Shown piece by piece: positions 49,991 through 62,551 of a DNA stretch of 64,000 nt. The number at the start of each line of letters is the position of its first letter. The stretch's first letter is position 1. Origin of the DNA: Pseudovirgaria hyperparasitica (lineage: Eukaryota); NCBI GenBank assembly GCA_010093815.1, contig ML996580.1, one strand, 5' to 3'. The translations under genes were made by a program, and so were the position numbers. The notes under the pieces are model-generated. The model saw only the letters and a list, made by a program, of their open reading frames with translations. It was not told the DNA's origin and did not search any database.

Positions 49991-52458
49991 TCAAACCTGT
50001 ATTGTCGTGTTGTGATGGTGGTGATCATTGCGCTGCTCCAACGCCGCCCGGTACTACACAACTTCGTCAGTCACGATGCCACACATTCCGACCTTGACTA
50101 ACCTTGAAAGCAAAATTCAGTACCAGTGCGACTGCTAATCCGACACAAATGACGACTGGTCCTATCACTGAGTCGAAGTCCTTTCCACTCCTCTCTCGAA
50201 TGAGTTTACTCCTGTACATGTAGATTGCCCATCCCCATCCAAGAATGAAGATCGCTAGAGCTGTGTATACATACGCAAGAGTAACGGCAACGGTGTTGTC
50301 CACTCCTGCGGCATTGTACAGACCCAAGGAGAGTGATGCCAGTAACACGGCAACATGCTGCCATTTGACAAACGTACGCTGGTTTGCCAGCCATACTTTA
50401 GGCTCCACAATCACCTCTCCTCGATCCTTAAGCCAATTCGTGGGCTCCACAAGGCCTGGAGGTAATTTCGCATTCCCAAAGCGTTTGGATTGACCGTACT
50501 TTGAATTGGAAAAGGATGGAATAAAGGACCGGATACCTGTCCGGCTTCGCTTCGTGCGCTTGCCTTGAACGCCATCGTCGTCCGAATCTTCGTCCTCGAT
50601 AGCAGCATCCTTTCCGCTTTCTCGCGTGATTGCCGCCATCGAAGCTTTCCGTGCCATCTCGGCTGTAGCTTTACCTGGCCTTGAAGGAGCTGACCTGCTG
50701 GCTGGTGAGCGAATGGGAGAACCCATCGCCGGCTGAAAGCTCTGTCTCGCCAGACTGCTTTGCGTACCAAATAAACTTCCAACAGCAACATCATCTTCGG
50801 CAGCCTTGGCTTTGCGTTCTTGCTCCTCTTCGAACGCTTTTTGTGGGTCTCGGCGGATGTCTGTCTCCACTTCACTGAGCCAGAAAGGAAAGCTATTGAC
50901 GTAGTCTTCGAAAAGGACCGCAATGCCATGAACGAACTTAGAGAAGCGAGGGGCCGTCTTTACCAGATGAGAGTCCATGAGGTCAGACACCCATTCATAA
51001 TTCTTATTTCCCTTTATACGGATCTCTAAAAGCGCGAACGGAAATCTGTTGATCTCGCCTTTCTTGACTCCACTGAATGGATACTCCATCTCATTATTGT
51101 CGATATCTGTACGATGCCACTCAGCCGGATCTCGACATGGTCTAGACTGATCCAAAGCGTCTTCACGGATGAGACTGAGGTTCGTGTCCAGGGAAATCCT
51201 CACTCGGTCGTCTCCGGGTATCTGAAAGGCGGTCCGGGTGTAGTTTGCACGTACCATCGGCTCGAGCTTTGCATCCTGTATCAGTTGGCTAATATCATTG
51301 ACTGCTGTTTTATAGTCTTGGACATGGGCGGAATCTTCCCCGAAGCGATCCTCCAGTTTCTTGACGTTTTTCTCTAGCCTGTTGTCACGTGTAATGAATC
51401 CTTGAACGTATTTATCTTTAGTTGAGAACCTCTGCTCCTCGCTCACATCACCTTCTTTGATGATCTTTTTCTCGACCAAGATCTCGGGCTTTTCAGCTAG
51501 TTGTCCATACCATCTGAGTCTTAAAGAGGCAGCATTTGGCTTGTGATCGACCTTATCAGTATACAGTGAGAAGTTAGGGTTGTCGAAGTATATGGATGTA
51601 ATCGTAGGGTCTCGCTGGGAGCCTTCGGCGATTTTGGAAGTCTGCGGGTTGTATACAAGGACCGGCAAACGGCGCAAGATTACGGTCTTGACCTCGAGAA
51701 GATTCTCAGGGTGAACCCAGACTAGTAAGATTAGTTTCCACCATGATTTGATTAGTATTATACCACCCACATTTGTGTGATACGAAAGTCTCGCCACCGG
51801 TCTGGCCTTCACTGAATGACAAGCCCTCTTTCTTTCCCTCCAAACTTTGTCTGACGAACGAGTACATTGCAGAAAGCTTGTACAGGAGTGGAGAGTAGTC
51901 CTCCGAGTTGAATGGCAGAGCAGCCAAGCGGACCTGAAGAAGAGGTCGCACCCTGTACATATGCCCTCGTTTACGATCATGCTTCTTCGCTGCCTTCAAA
52001 AAGCCTGTATAGTTGATACGACTGTACTTTTCTAGCTCATTTACCTCTTTCGTAACGCTATCCAGCTCTTTGAGTGTCTTCTTGAGGATCGTCTCGCGCT
52101 CGTCATCGGATACTTCGCGGGTGGCAGATGACTTGGTTATAACATCTTGATCTTTGCTGTCTTCGGAGCCTTGTGGGCGAAGGGATAAGGGTTCAAGATC
52201 GTTCTCGCACGCTGACGTACGGTCGCGAAGTTTTTGATAGGTCTGCGCTTGGAAATCGTTCACTTTCTCCAATTGGACGTTGACTAGTTCCTCGACAAAA
52301 TTGCTCTCATCTTCTTCCGTCCACTCGTCTTCATCTCGTTCAATCGGTGATCCATCGCCCTCGCTCTCTTTGAGGAGCTTCTTGAGCTTTCCGTAGTCAA
52401 TATACTTGTCCTTCCAAGGGCCGTAAACAGACTTTCGCAACGTGCTTCCAAAACGCAT
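49991..52458 (-). CDS. VTC2: Vacuolar transporter chaperone subunit Vtc2/Vtc3 (SPX + VTC + DUF202), 3 exons
   Basis: MRFG..YIDYGKLKK SPX domain, NYTGFLKAAKKHD; spliced HKFWVHPENLLEVK; YTRTAFQIPGDDRVRISLD; VEPKVWLANQRTF plus three TM segments. Confidence 0.92.
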
Positions 52459-52656
52459 CTCTAAGTTATACTGGGTTAAAATAAGAAACGATTGTGGCCC
52501 GAATTGCGATGAAGACTCTTCTACGGTTCAAAGATTTTGTGAGGAGCTCGAAGATTGCTAGGAATTGACTTTTCAAGGCCGGGTATAAAGAACCTGTTGC
52601 CCCTCTGGTCGTCGGTCAAGCTTGACGGTCGGCCAATGGCCAGCCACCGAAAAGGG

Positions 52657-52662
52657 CACGTG
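52657..52662. promoter_or_regulatory. CACGTG E-box (Pho4/NUC-1-type site) in the VTC/Nudix divergent promoter
   Basis: GCACGTGC about 200 bp upstream of the VTC ATG; VTC genes are PHO-regulon members in yeast. Confidence 0.45.
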
Positions 52663-52909
52663 CGGACCTACACTAAGATTACCAGCCACTGCGCAACTAC
52701 AGTAGGTAATTACCTCCCTCTCGGACAGCCCAGGTAGCTTGAAGGGAACTAGTGCGGCTCCGCGTCACTCTAACTCTAACTCTCTCCTAATCTCTGTATG
52801 GATGAGATCTGTTTGACGCGCGCTTATCGCGTTTTTGGCGTCGCCTATACGTATTGGGAATGCAACTCACTGACTTCAAGCTTCATCTTCGTCTCACCTA
52901 TGCTTCGTT

Positions 52910-54329
52910 ATGACTTCACTGTGCAGTGACCCTACAACAGGTGTCACACATCATCTTCAGAATGCTCTTCTGGACTTAGCTACGAACCCATATCCGAATG
53001 TCCCGAGCCCACCGGAAACCAAGAAAAGAGCCTCTGTGGCAGTGATACTAAGAATACAGCCTACATATGCGTACTGGCCAGAGAACACGCCAGAGTATAG
53101 GAGACACAAAGAGGCCGACTCTTTGCCCGGCCGCTTGAATTCTTTCTTCAGCCAAAATTGGACTCAACATGGCGACCCGGAGGTACTTTTTATCAGAAGA
53201 GCTGCCCGCCAAGGGGACAGATGGACGAGCCATGTAGCCTTACCTGGAGGCAAGAGAGACCCAGAGGACAAAGACGATCATGCAGCGGCTGTACGAGAAG
53301 CTTGGGAAGAAGTCGGTATCGACTTGTCTGACACGCAAGCTATCTCAGCCGGGAACCTTCCGCAAAGAGTTGTGACTACGTCCTTTGGCAAAGTCCCGTG
53401 AGTCTGGGCAATGTGTGTGAGGTACTCTATACTAGTATTGCTGATATACATTCAGTCTTATGGTCCTCTGCCCTTACGTATTCCTCCTGACGTCCGATAA
53501 GGCACCATCCCTACGACTCCAACCAACCGAAGTTGCCTCGGCGCACTGGGTTCCTCTTCGAGCACTCCTATCTTCCAAACAACGGACATACGAGTACCAG
53601 GATGTTTCGAACCGATTGGCTAAGAATGAAGTCGGTATCAAGCGCTCATTCTTTCGCCTTATGCTCGGACGGATGCTGTTCGCAGCCATACACCTCATAC
53701 CATCACAAAGTCAATACTGTAGCTCCATTGAAGAATTCATACCCACAGAGAGTACTAGAGAAAGTGAAATTAGAGGACCTAAAAGAGATTTGGCTACAAT
53801 TCTGCGAGGGGGTGTGAAGCCATATACCTCTTCTCCGTCAGAAAAGCCGTTGCTCCTGTGGGGCTTGACCCTGGGGGTCATGGCGGATTTCCTGGAATTG
53901 CTACCACCTCATACAGCACTTGAGCTCTGGACATACCCTACATTTACTCCCTGGGACGTCAGACTTACATTGTGGGTGATGTCATGGCGGTTCCGGAGTC
54001 AGAAGAAAGAGGAATTAGCAACGGATGGGCTGGGACCTGATGCTCTCGTTAGTGATAGCAATGTTTTGAACAATGTGCAGTCGTCTCCGCTTGAATCATA
54101 CGCATATCCTTATCGGAAACCCGCGGAATGTGGAATCGGTGGTCTTGGAGCTGGAACGTATTACGATAAAATCAGGAAGTGCCAGGTTTCTCGACAAGGA
54201 GCAATCAGTATTCTCCTCGAAGGCTATTATGAGATAGTTCGGAAGGCTGTTGCGATCGCACTGATTGGTCGATTCTCCACAGCAACGCTGGCTGCATACC
54301 TAATCTGGTACAAATTCAGAAGAAAGTAA
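52910..54329 (+). CDS. Nudix hydrolase, CoA-diphosphatase-like (Pcd1/NUDT7-8 related), 2 exons, hydrophobic C-terminus
   Basis: KRASVAVILR, EVLFIRRA..DRWTSHVALPGGKRD..AAVREAWEEVGI Nudix box, QPTEVASAHWVPL, LLWGLTL. Confidence 0.88.
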
Positions 54330-54751
54330 ATAAAGTTAAAGGAGCTTCAGTGTTATTGCAGATCATGCAAGCTTCGGCAGGAATGCAAATTTCCTACTAC
54401 GCTTGGTCATGGTAGCAATTTTTAGCATACCCATAACATTATCTTGCCAAACATGTGAACGCAGCTAGTTTGTTGTGGAGTGGTTCGCTTTAGCGGCTTT
54501 CCCCCTCGGCGCGCAGTCAACCGCGGTAGTAGGAACGTGAGACCGGGTGATGCTTGACACGCGAGCGTCTTTATACTAAACCTCCTCATCTCACCATGGT
54601 AGACTACCTGCCACTTGATCTTAACCTCCTCCAGCTGTTTTGTTAGTCATGCGAGCTTTGGTTTCCTTATTCCATTATATGCAATCGACAGATAGCTCGC
54701 TCTGTCGGCGATAGTGCTTGCACCTTCAATGTGTCCAGCACATCTCTCATC

Positions 54752-55957
54752 ATGTCCGACTCAGTAGGTAAGTGAAGATCCGTCTTGACCGCGGTGCATT
54801 TCTCTTACAATCAAATAAGCTGTGCTGACAGAGGACTGCCTAGATCGCGTTTTCAGTCATGCGCTCAACACAGTGAACAAGATACGGACTGGCTCGGAGA
54901 AACCCCCAGCCAGTGTCCGACTAAAGCTCTATGGCTTATACAAGCAAAGCATGGGTACGCATTCAAGATGCCCCAATCAGCAGATTTCGGTGGACTGACA
55001 AAGTTTATCATAGAGGGGGACGTTGAGGGGATACAAGAGCGTCCCGAGGGCCAAGGAGAAGAAGTTCATAGGGCGAGGGAGAAGTGGTAAGCATCACTAA
55101 CAAGGATGACCAGCTATTACAAGCCTGTTAACGAACCTCGTAGGGACGCCTGGAAGTCGCAGCAAAGCCTCACCCGGACCGAGGCAAAGCGACGGTACAT
55201 TACAACTCTTATCGAAACAATGAATCGATACGCTTCACCGAGCCCGGATGCTCGTGAATTGGTCGCCGAACTTGAATTCGTCTGGGACCAGGTCAAATCA
55301 AATGTCCCTTCCTCATCTTCATCATCGCCGCTACAAACTATCGGTGGAGGGTCATACCCTGTCAATCTAGGCTTCTCACAAGATTCTCGCCAGTTCCGAG
55401 ACTCGCCGCCGCGAGACTACGAAGATACAAATACAGACGCTCCAATGAAGGTCCTCAGTCCATTATCGCAGAGTGAAGTGGACGAAGTAGAAGAGGCGGC
55501 AGATGAAGAGTTTGTAGATGCTCAAGATTCCCGCTATGATGTGCAAGACGGACGAGATTCAGAACGGAATGCAGACAAGGAGGTCCGCCCGTTGCCAACA
55601 CCCTCCCCAGACAAAAAATGGAGGAAAAGTGTTGAACAGGCATTGGTCAAGATGACTGCAGAAGTGGCGGCTTTACGAGAACAACTCCAATCGCGGCGAA
55701 TATTTGGGGTGCGGCGGCAACACAGCTTTTTGGGATGGTTTACCTGGATCACATGGACTGGGCTTAAGATCGTCGCAGTTGATGCTATCATACTGTTCGT
55801 AGTCCTGATCTGGATGCGACGAAAAAAAGATCGTCGACTTGAAAATGCGATCCGAGTTCTGCTCGGAGATGCAGCAATCCAAGTCAAGAAAAGCAGTGCA
55901 CAAATGGGCGCCAACATCGGAAAAATTGCGCTACCGAAACTACCAGCCAAAAATTGA
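54752..55957 (+). CDS. ATG37: Membrane-anchored acyl-CoA-binding protein (Atg37/ACBD5-like), 4 exons
   Basis: Spliced MSDSV|DRVFSHAL..RLKLYGLYKQSM|EGDV..EKW|DAW..EAKRRYITTLI ACBP domain; coiled coil ALVKMTAEVAALRE; C-terminal TM. Confidence 0.85.
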
Positions 55958-56054
55958 TCATAAAGTGTAAGCTTGACACGGAGGAAACTAGACATGAATA
56001 ATTTCTATATTGACAGTAGAGAGCAAACGTGTTCACTCATACCGGCTCAACCAG

Positions 56055-57089
56055 CTAGTCACACGAACTCCGAAGGCCACACTGTACACTCTTGTCACAT
56101 CCCGCGCGGCCACCATTCCAACCTTGCAACCTGTTCGCGATATCGTTGGCATATGCCCTGGTGTGAGGGTCGAATGGAGAGATGTTCAAGTTTCCATTGC
56201 TGATCGATCCGCTGTTGTACATTCTTGCAGCAGCGTACGGAGTACCAAAAAGGGACTGGTCAATCCAACCCATGAGCGTTGCGCCGCCGTTGAAGTAATG
56301 CAGCAGTCCAGGTTTCCCCTGACCTCCTGGATCCTTCTCAGCTGCGATTCCACAAACGCCGTCTTTGATCATAGCCTTGATGCTTCCGTTGGGGTCAGCG
56401 GGGTCGTATTTTTGCGAACCATCACCGGCCTGCATCAGACCGCAATGCGAGCCCGAGCCTTCTGTCATACAATGAACATGTACATTTCCAGTGGACTACA
56501 GGAAGTCAGCTCTCGGTCTTAGTTAGGCTCTCGTACGAAGACACTCACCTCCTGCATGATCTCGGCAAGGATCAATCGTTTATCAATTTGCGTCTTCTGA
56601 GACACTTCTGTGATGGCGTTCTTCATGAATCCAGCCTCCTCCTCATTGGTTCCAGCCATCATCATGACAGGCTTGTTGATCTCCCACATGGCGTCGAAGC
56701 TCACCCATTGCGTCTTCGCAGGAAAATCAGGGATCTTTCCCGAAGTTACGCACGTATATGTGGAATCTGGATCAGATGGCGCAGATTTTCCATCCGTCGA
56801 GTCGGAGGAGTACCATGCCAAAAGCAGCTCATTGCTGTGTGCTGTACACACGCCGTAAGCTTCGGCAGGTGCCTGGCGAGCGACGTGAGTATGCGCTTGA
56901 TCGAGCTGTATGCCTGGATATGCCAATGCAGAGGAAGCGAAGAAGAAGAGAGAAATGGGGGCCTTGAATTGAGGTCAGCTAATCAGTCCGAATACGATTG
57001 CCAAAAAGTACAAGTTATGATGTATACTAGAACACGGGCGCAGCGTGCTTGAGAACCCACAGATCGCGACGTACCTTTGTCTGAACCAT
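56055..57089 (-). CDS. Secreted lysozyme-like / SLT (GH23-like) protein, ~289 aa; exons 57089-57075, 56962-56549, 56495-56055
   Basis: CACAATG start; spliced signal peptide MVQTK|APISLFFFASSALA; IDKRLILAEIMQE|STG, GLMQ, AARMYNSG motifs. Confidence 0.82.
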
Positions 57090-58444
57090 TGTGAAAGCAA
57101 AAAGTATCACGATACGCTAATAACTGCAAAGGGTATTGGACAGGAAGAAGATATTCAGTCAAAGGAATCAATGGTGAGCCAGGAAAGCACGATGCGTGTT
57201 ATCAATCACCATCTCCGAATGTCTCCAGACCTTATATACATTACACTAAAGCCATAGTAAGGCGACCGATTTAGAAACCCTAGCCCGTGTTAACCAACAA
57301 CCTCATCATTATAATCATTATTGTGCTGGCGGCGGCGTATCTAGCCGTTTCACGGTCGTAGTGTTCGCCAAGACCGGCTGCTGGGATATTTTTGGACACA
57401 TAAAGATCCGTGCGTGATGGTTCCTGAGCAGATCTGTTGGTTCGAGGCAACATGTCAGCGTGAGTGGCAGTAAGCTTGGACTTTGCTGCGGGACTTGTTG
57501 TGGGGAGAAGGTCTGGAATAGAATTCCTGAGTGGGATGAGTAAGTGTTTGGCGGTGGCTGCGGTATGAGATTTGTTCGTTCTGGTTGTGATTATGCGCGG
57601 CCCATGCATGCATTCGTTTCTCCTCCCTTATCTTGTGAGTATGAATACGGGAGGCATGCGTGTTCGACAACACTTGTTCCGAAGTAGCAAAAGCATCTTA
57701 CTGTCTCTGTGCCGTACACGAGACGCCCTCACAGGTCGCTCCCACTGATCCCTCACAGAATGCCACAGTCTTTTAGATCATGTCCAGTCCTGCAGCAGCA
57801 TAGCGCCCTTCACCATGAAATCTTTCCTGATTTGCTCGGCACTTCGTCTTTGCGACACGTATCTGGAAACACCCGGTGCCGGCGCAGATATCTGAGCAGC
57901 TGCTCCGGGTAACTCATCAGGCTGATATGCGGGCTTTTAGTCTGCGAGAGGAACGTCTACTGGTTGGATTCTGGGGTTGGTGGCTGCCACTCTTGGGGCG
58001 GCTGAGTAGGTCAGGTACATGTAAGATCAGGCCATGAATAGGTACTGTACAGCTGCGCCCAGTGGAGCCAAGGGGCATGGATGTTGTGAGATAAAGCTAA
58101 GCGTATCTAGAAGTAATAATTATTACTGAGCAGAATACGCTCATTTGAGTTTGAAATGAGACAGTTGAGTTGATTGAGTTGTACAGTTGTTCGGTCTCGG
58201 CAGCGGGCCGGATGGATCTGTAAGGGATGCTAGTCCTCGTGCGGTACTAGCTCAGCCCTACTGGAGTTTCTCCTCGTGCGCCGTGCGATGAGAGCTTGGG
58301 TGAATAATGACGCGCTAGACATCCATTCGGGATACCTCCACCCAACTGCAAAATTCAACTCGAACTTCAAGGAAAACAACCACAGTCCTACCCCCTATCA
58401 ATCGCACCAGACACCCCGATCACACTCTCTAGTCTCCGACGCAC

Positions 58445-59117
58445 ATGGGTGCCTCCGCCTCCAAAGCTGCCAAAGGCGCTGGCTCAGCAGCCCGCCAATA
58501 TCCCACACGCATTCCCAGCACAGCAACACAGACAAGTCGAAGTAGTCCTCCACCATTAGCTTCAGCAGCCCAACCTCAGACGCAAGCCCAGACGCGCCCT
58601 TCACCAGCCCCTCCCATCCACTCCCAACAACCAGGTCCTTATAACCCCCCCTTTCCCTCTCACTTCTCCCCAACCTACATCTAACGCCGTCTCAGAACCC
58701 GTGCCCCAAGACTCCAACCCTTCCCTCTCCGCGCGTCTCCGCGATATCGGCCCTGTACGCCCCACCGAATCCTATGCCTCGCCATCCTCCGACATCTACA
58801 ACAGCGCGCCTCAGTACCCCTCGCCATACCCGACGCCCGCGTCGAATCCCGCGCTGATCGTGCTCGCGGCCCGGAAGCGCTTCCAGGAGATTGCAGATCA
58901 AGAACATGAGGATGTTGGGAGGAAGGGGTTTGCGGGCAGGACGCTGTTGGATGCCGAGACGATACGGCAGGTGTTGGTGTTGAGAGGAGCAGGGAAGCGA
59001 GAGAGCGATATTGAGACGCTGTTGGGGTTGAAGAAGGGGGTTATGGGAAGGCTGGGGGCAGAGGGACTTGTGGGTGTTTCGGGGCCGACTGGGGGCGCGA
59101 TTGAAAAGACGGCATAG
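58445..59117 (+). CDS. Fungal hypothetical protein with C-terminal HTH-like domain; exons 58445-58634, 58696-59117
   Basis: MGASASKAA..ARQYP start; frame-preserving intron with CTAAC..CAG; GRTLLDAETIRQVLVLR..IETLLGLKKGVMGRLG. Confidence 0.75.
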
Positions 59118-59341
59118 GGGACTCGTCGGGATTGGGAGGAGTCAGGACGGAGGCCTGAATTGGTCGTGAAAAGTGTGTATATTTGGCGAAGGAGAGCTGG
59201 TAGACATGCCCCCTGTATGACTATGTATATGTATATATATGTACAACATCCGACATGAGAAGATACATGTCGCATATTTCCACTAAATGTCTTAAAGACA
59301 TGCGTCATGTTCGTTATTCACACTTTTATGTTCGTTCCGAA

Positions 59342-60601
59342 TCATTGTTCCTCCTCCAGCTTTGCCAGCGGTTCCCGCATCGGCTTCACAGCCGCCTCCA
59401 GAAGCGGCGTCCTGTCCTTCCCAAGCACCACTATCAAAAATTAGCTCATCAGCTCCTCTCTCGTTCTCACCATATGCAACGAGGTCACTCACATCTTTGG
59501 TACAACTCGTAGCTCGTCACTATCACAAGTGGCAGCCCGACCATGATCGTCAATACCCTATGTAATGTTAATACCGTCAGGCTCGTCGTCATGTTCATCT
59601 TCATATTGCGTCTGCCACACTTACTTCCTCGACGTCGACTTGTACCGCATCGCAGCATCAGGCGCACCCCCTATTGTCCCTGCCGCAGGCCCATTTGGTC
59701 CCGCCGTGGCCGTCACAGACGCACTAGATGCAGCACTCTTCTTCCGCGATTCCTCGAGCAAACCACCTCGCGACAACGTTCGCGAAGCTTCCGCTGGTGC
59801 CAACGCCCTGATTCGTTCTGCAGACTGAGGGACTTTTTTCGAAGGAGGATGTGTCGCAGATGCGGATGCAACAGACGTCGGTGGGATTCTTACTGGAGGA
59901 ATAGTATGGCGAGGGGGAACAGTCTGTTTCGCGAGCTCCGCCGCAGTCGCACGTGCTGCATTGACCTCTTTCAGAATCTTGGACGTTGCGGGTGTCACGG
60001 GGGTTTGCTGCGTCGGGGGTTGGATGGTGGAAGTAGGGGATTCAATGCTCGTTGCGCTCGTTTTAGGCTCGACGGTAGGTGCTGCAGCTGCGATCGTAGC
60101 TAGCTCTACTTCCAGATGTGTGTCATCGGTAGTTCTTTTGAATTGAGTTGCTTCCGGTGGAGTGTCTGAAGTAGATTCTAACTTGTGGTTTGGAGAAAAT
60201 TCTGAAATAGATTCTGGAGTAGGTTGTGGAGTAGGTTTTGGAACAGATTCTGTAGCAGATTTTGCAATGCTTTCCTTTATGATTTCTGGTAAACATTCCA
60301 CAGTAGATTGTGGAGTTCTCTCTGGACTACATTCCGGCACAATTGTAACAGTAGGTTCTCCAGTACTCTCTGGCGTGGACTCCAATATCTGTTCCTTCAC
60401 AACGCTCTTCGCCGACGTCTTCACCGACGCCTTCACATTCTTACCCGAAGCCTTCTTCGGTGAAGCTTTCGTAGCTTTCGTAGCAAGCGTGCGGGTCGTC
60501 GTCGCCTTTGTCGGCGCGTTTTCTTGTACAGATATTTCTGGCGCAGTGGTCGCGACGATCTTCCTGGGCCGTCCGCGTTTTCGGGGAGCTTCAGCTGTCA
60601 T
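59342..60601 (-). CDS. Protein with N-terminal AT-hook, Pro/Glu/Ser/Thr-rich linker and C-terminal single TM, 3 exons (alternative ATG at 60667)
   Basis: CCCACCATG start, PRKRGRPRK; spliced end RYKSTSRK|VLTIMVGLPLVIVTSYELYQR|LVLGKDR..EEEQ*. Confidence 0.7.
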
Positions 60602-61160
60602 GGTGGGTGATTGGTGGTGAATACAGGTGGTACGAATGAGCGGGAAAGGGTAAAAGATTTTGGGCATCTGGGTGACGCGAGAAGACGCGTCGGTGGGTTG
60701 CGGGGATCGCGCTGCTGAGGTGCTAGCTAATCTAGTGGGCGTTTTACTGTAGACTTACATTAACCTTAAATTGAGCATCGTGAAACAACATGATGAGGGG
60801 AGGAAATTCTCCATGAGCCAATTGGTGGATTGCGTTATATGGTGTCTGTAACAAAGGTGCACTTTTATCTGTAACCGGATGGACGTTTTAGCAGTGCATG
60901 ACTTTAGAGTTAACGCATGAGCCTAGTTGCTTGAGAAGCTCCAGGACACGTAACATATTGCACTGGCTTATGATACATACTGCGGTGATACATGTCTTCG
61001 CGCATAGCCAGATCCATCATGGCATATCTATAGAGGCATTTCCCAGCACAAAAGACCTTCCGGCACTATATGACACCTCGAACAAAGCCTCCGCTACACT
61101 CTGATACCCGAAACTAGGGCCGAGAGAATGTTTGATAGTCTTCAATACCATGCTTCGGAC

Positions 61161-62139
61161 TCATCTGAGACCATCCAGTCTTCGTTCTTGCACCTCCGAC
61201 AGCGCACGGCTGCCGCTCAAGAAAGCAACAACACCAACAGCCGCCGCAGCTGGCAGAGTTTGAAACAAATTCCACGTGGTATAGTAGAGGAAGAATATCC
61301 CTTCCATAGCAACAATCGATCCGACAAACAGTGCGTGTGATACTGGCGCTGCGTTCATCGCTTTGCCAAAATGGCTACCATTTCCTCCCAAAGTGAGCCA
61401 TAGACCAAGAACAGCCGGAAGAGCCGCGATGACCGCGATTGTAAAGACTAACGTTATGATAATAGGTGGGGAGGAAGGGTCAGACCGGAAGATGTGACGA
61501 ATCTCTTCTAAGGCGCGATATCGGATTGGTGGCTCTGGGATCGTAATTGGCGCGGCCGGATCTTGCTCAACAGCTAATGTGAAGACAGGAGAACGGTATG
61601 GTTTGCTCGATCCGAAGGACGCGACTATCAGTGAGGCCTTGAGTGGAGCTGCGGAGGTAACGAGTTGCGTGGGCAGGTCTTTTTGTGTCTATTCCAGTTG
61701 TAAGCATAGGCCTAGGTGGTGTAGTTCCATCAAAACATACAACTTCGACCTTGCCCTTTCCATTCTCTTTCAAGGTGAGCGGGAAGGACTCTTCCAGGCC
61801 AGATGATGGTTCAGTGAGAGTAAGGAATGCCTGATGCGGGCGTTTGGCCTTCTTATCCTCTGTGGTCGTGAGAACAATTCTCAATGTGTCCTTTCCTCCG
61901 AGAGCGACCGTCTTCGGCAACGGTACGGTAGCTGACAGTCTGCTCATAACATTGTCAGTCGGTCTTCATAGAGCTAATCGTACTGAGCAGTCTTACTTCT
62001 CCTTCGCTCCACCACCGACTCCAGCGCCTTTGCCTGACACAGTCAAGGTGGCATCTTCAAAAGACCAAGATGAAGCTGCCAGTCCACGCTGGGCTGAAGC
62101 AATTAGCAAAGTCGGTATTATTGAGTGCAGAAGACGCAT
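61161..62139 (-). CDS. SWP1: Oligosaccharyltransferase subunit Swp1/ribophorin II, 3 exons
   Basis: Signal peptide then SWSFEDATLTV; KRPHQAFLTL; RYRALEEIRHIFRSDPSSPP; FLYYTTWNLFQTLP..FLSGSRALSEVQERRL. Confidence 0.92.
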
Positions 62140-62551
62140 TGTTGCCCAATGATGTGTGTGAAGCTTTCTTCAATTTGAAGCTTCGAGTCCAACTTGCAAC
62201 GTAACCACTTGCTAGAAACCGGAACGCACGGGCCTCATTTTCGTCCTCACATATCACACCGCATTGTGAACATGCAACAGCTCTAAAAGTCTGTATCCTC
62301 TGGAGATTTATAGCTAAGACGAAATTATTCTCCTACACAACAATATTTCTTGTGTAAATGTTGAGTAGCCCATGATACGAGTGTTTGATATGATTCAGAT
62401 CACACATGGTATCAAGCTGTTCACGATGCTTGCAGCTTGCTACAGCTAAAGGTCGGAGTTTTCAAGACGATCGCTATGATCTATGAAATGACAGTATCGG
62501 ATTCTCAAACCTTCCAACACATAGATTGGTAACATGAAACACGTCAACTGC

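Noticed and set aside
51771..51980. N-terminal part of the 637-aa ORF 50067..51980
   Set aside because: Out-of-frame overlap with the real VTC exon 1; the true junction is HK|FWVHPEN
57100..58400. Short ORFs between the lysozyme-like and HTH-like genes
   Set aside because: No coding character; likely a divergent promoter region
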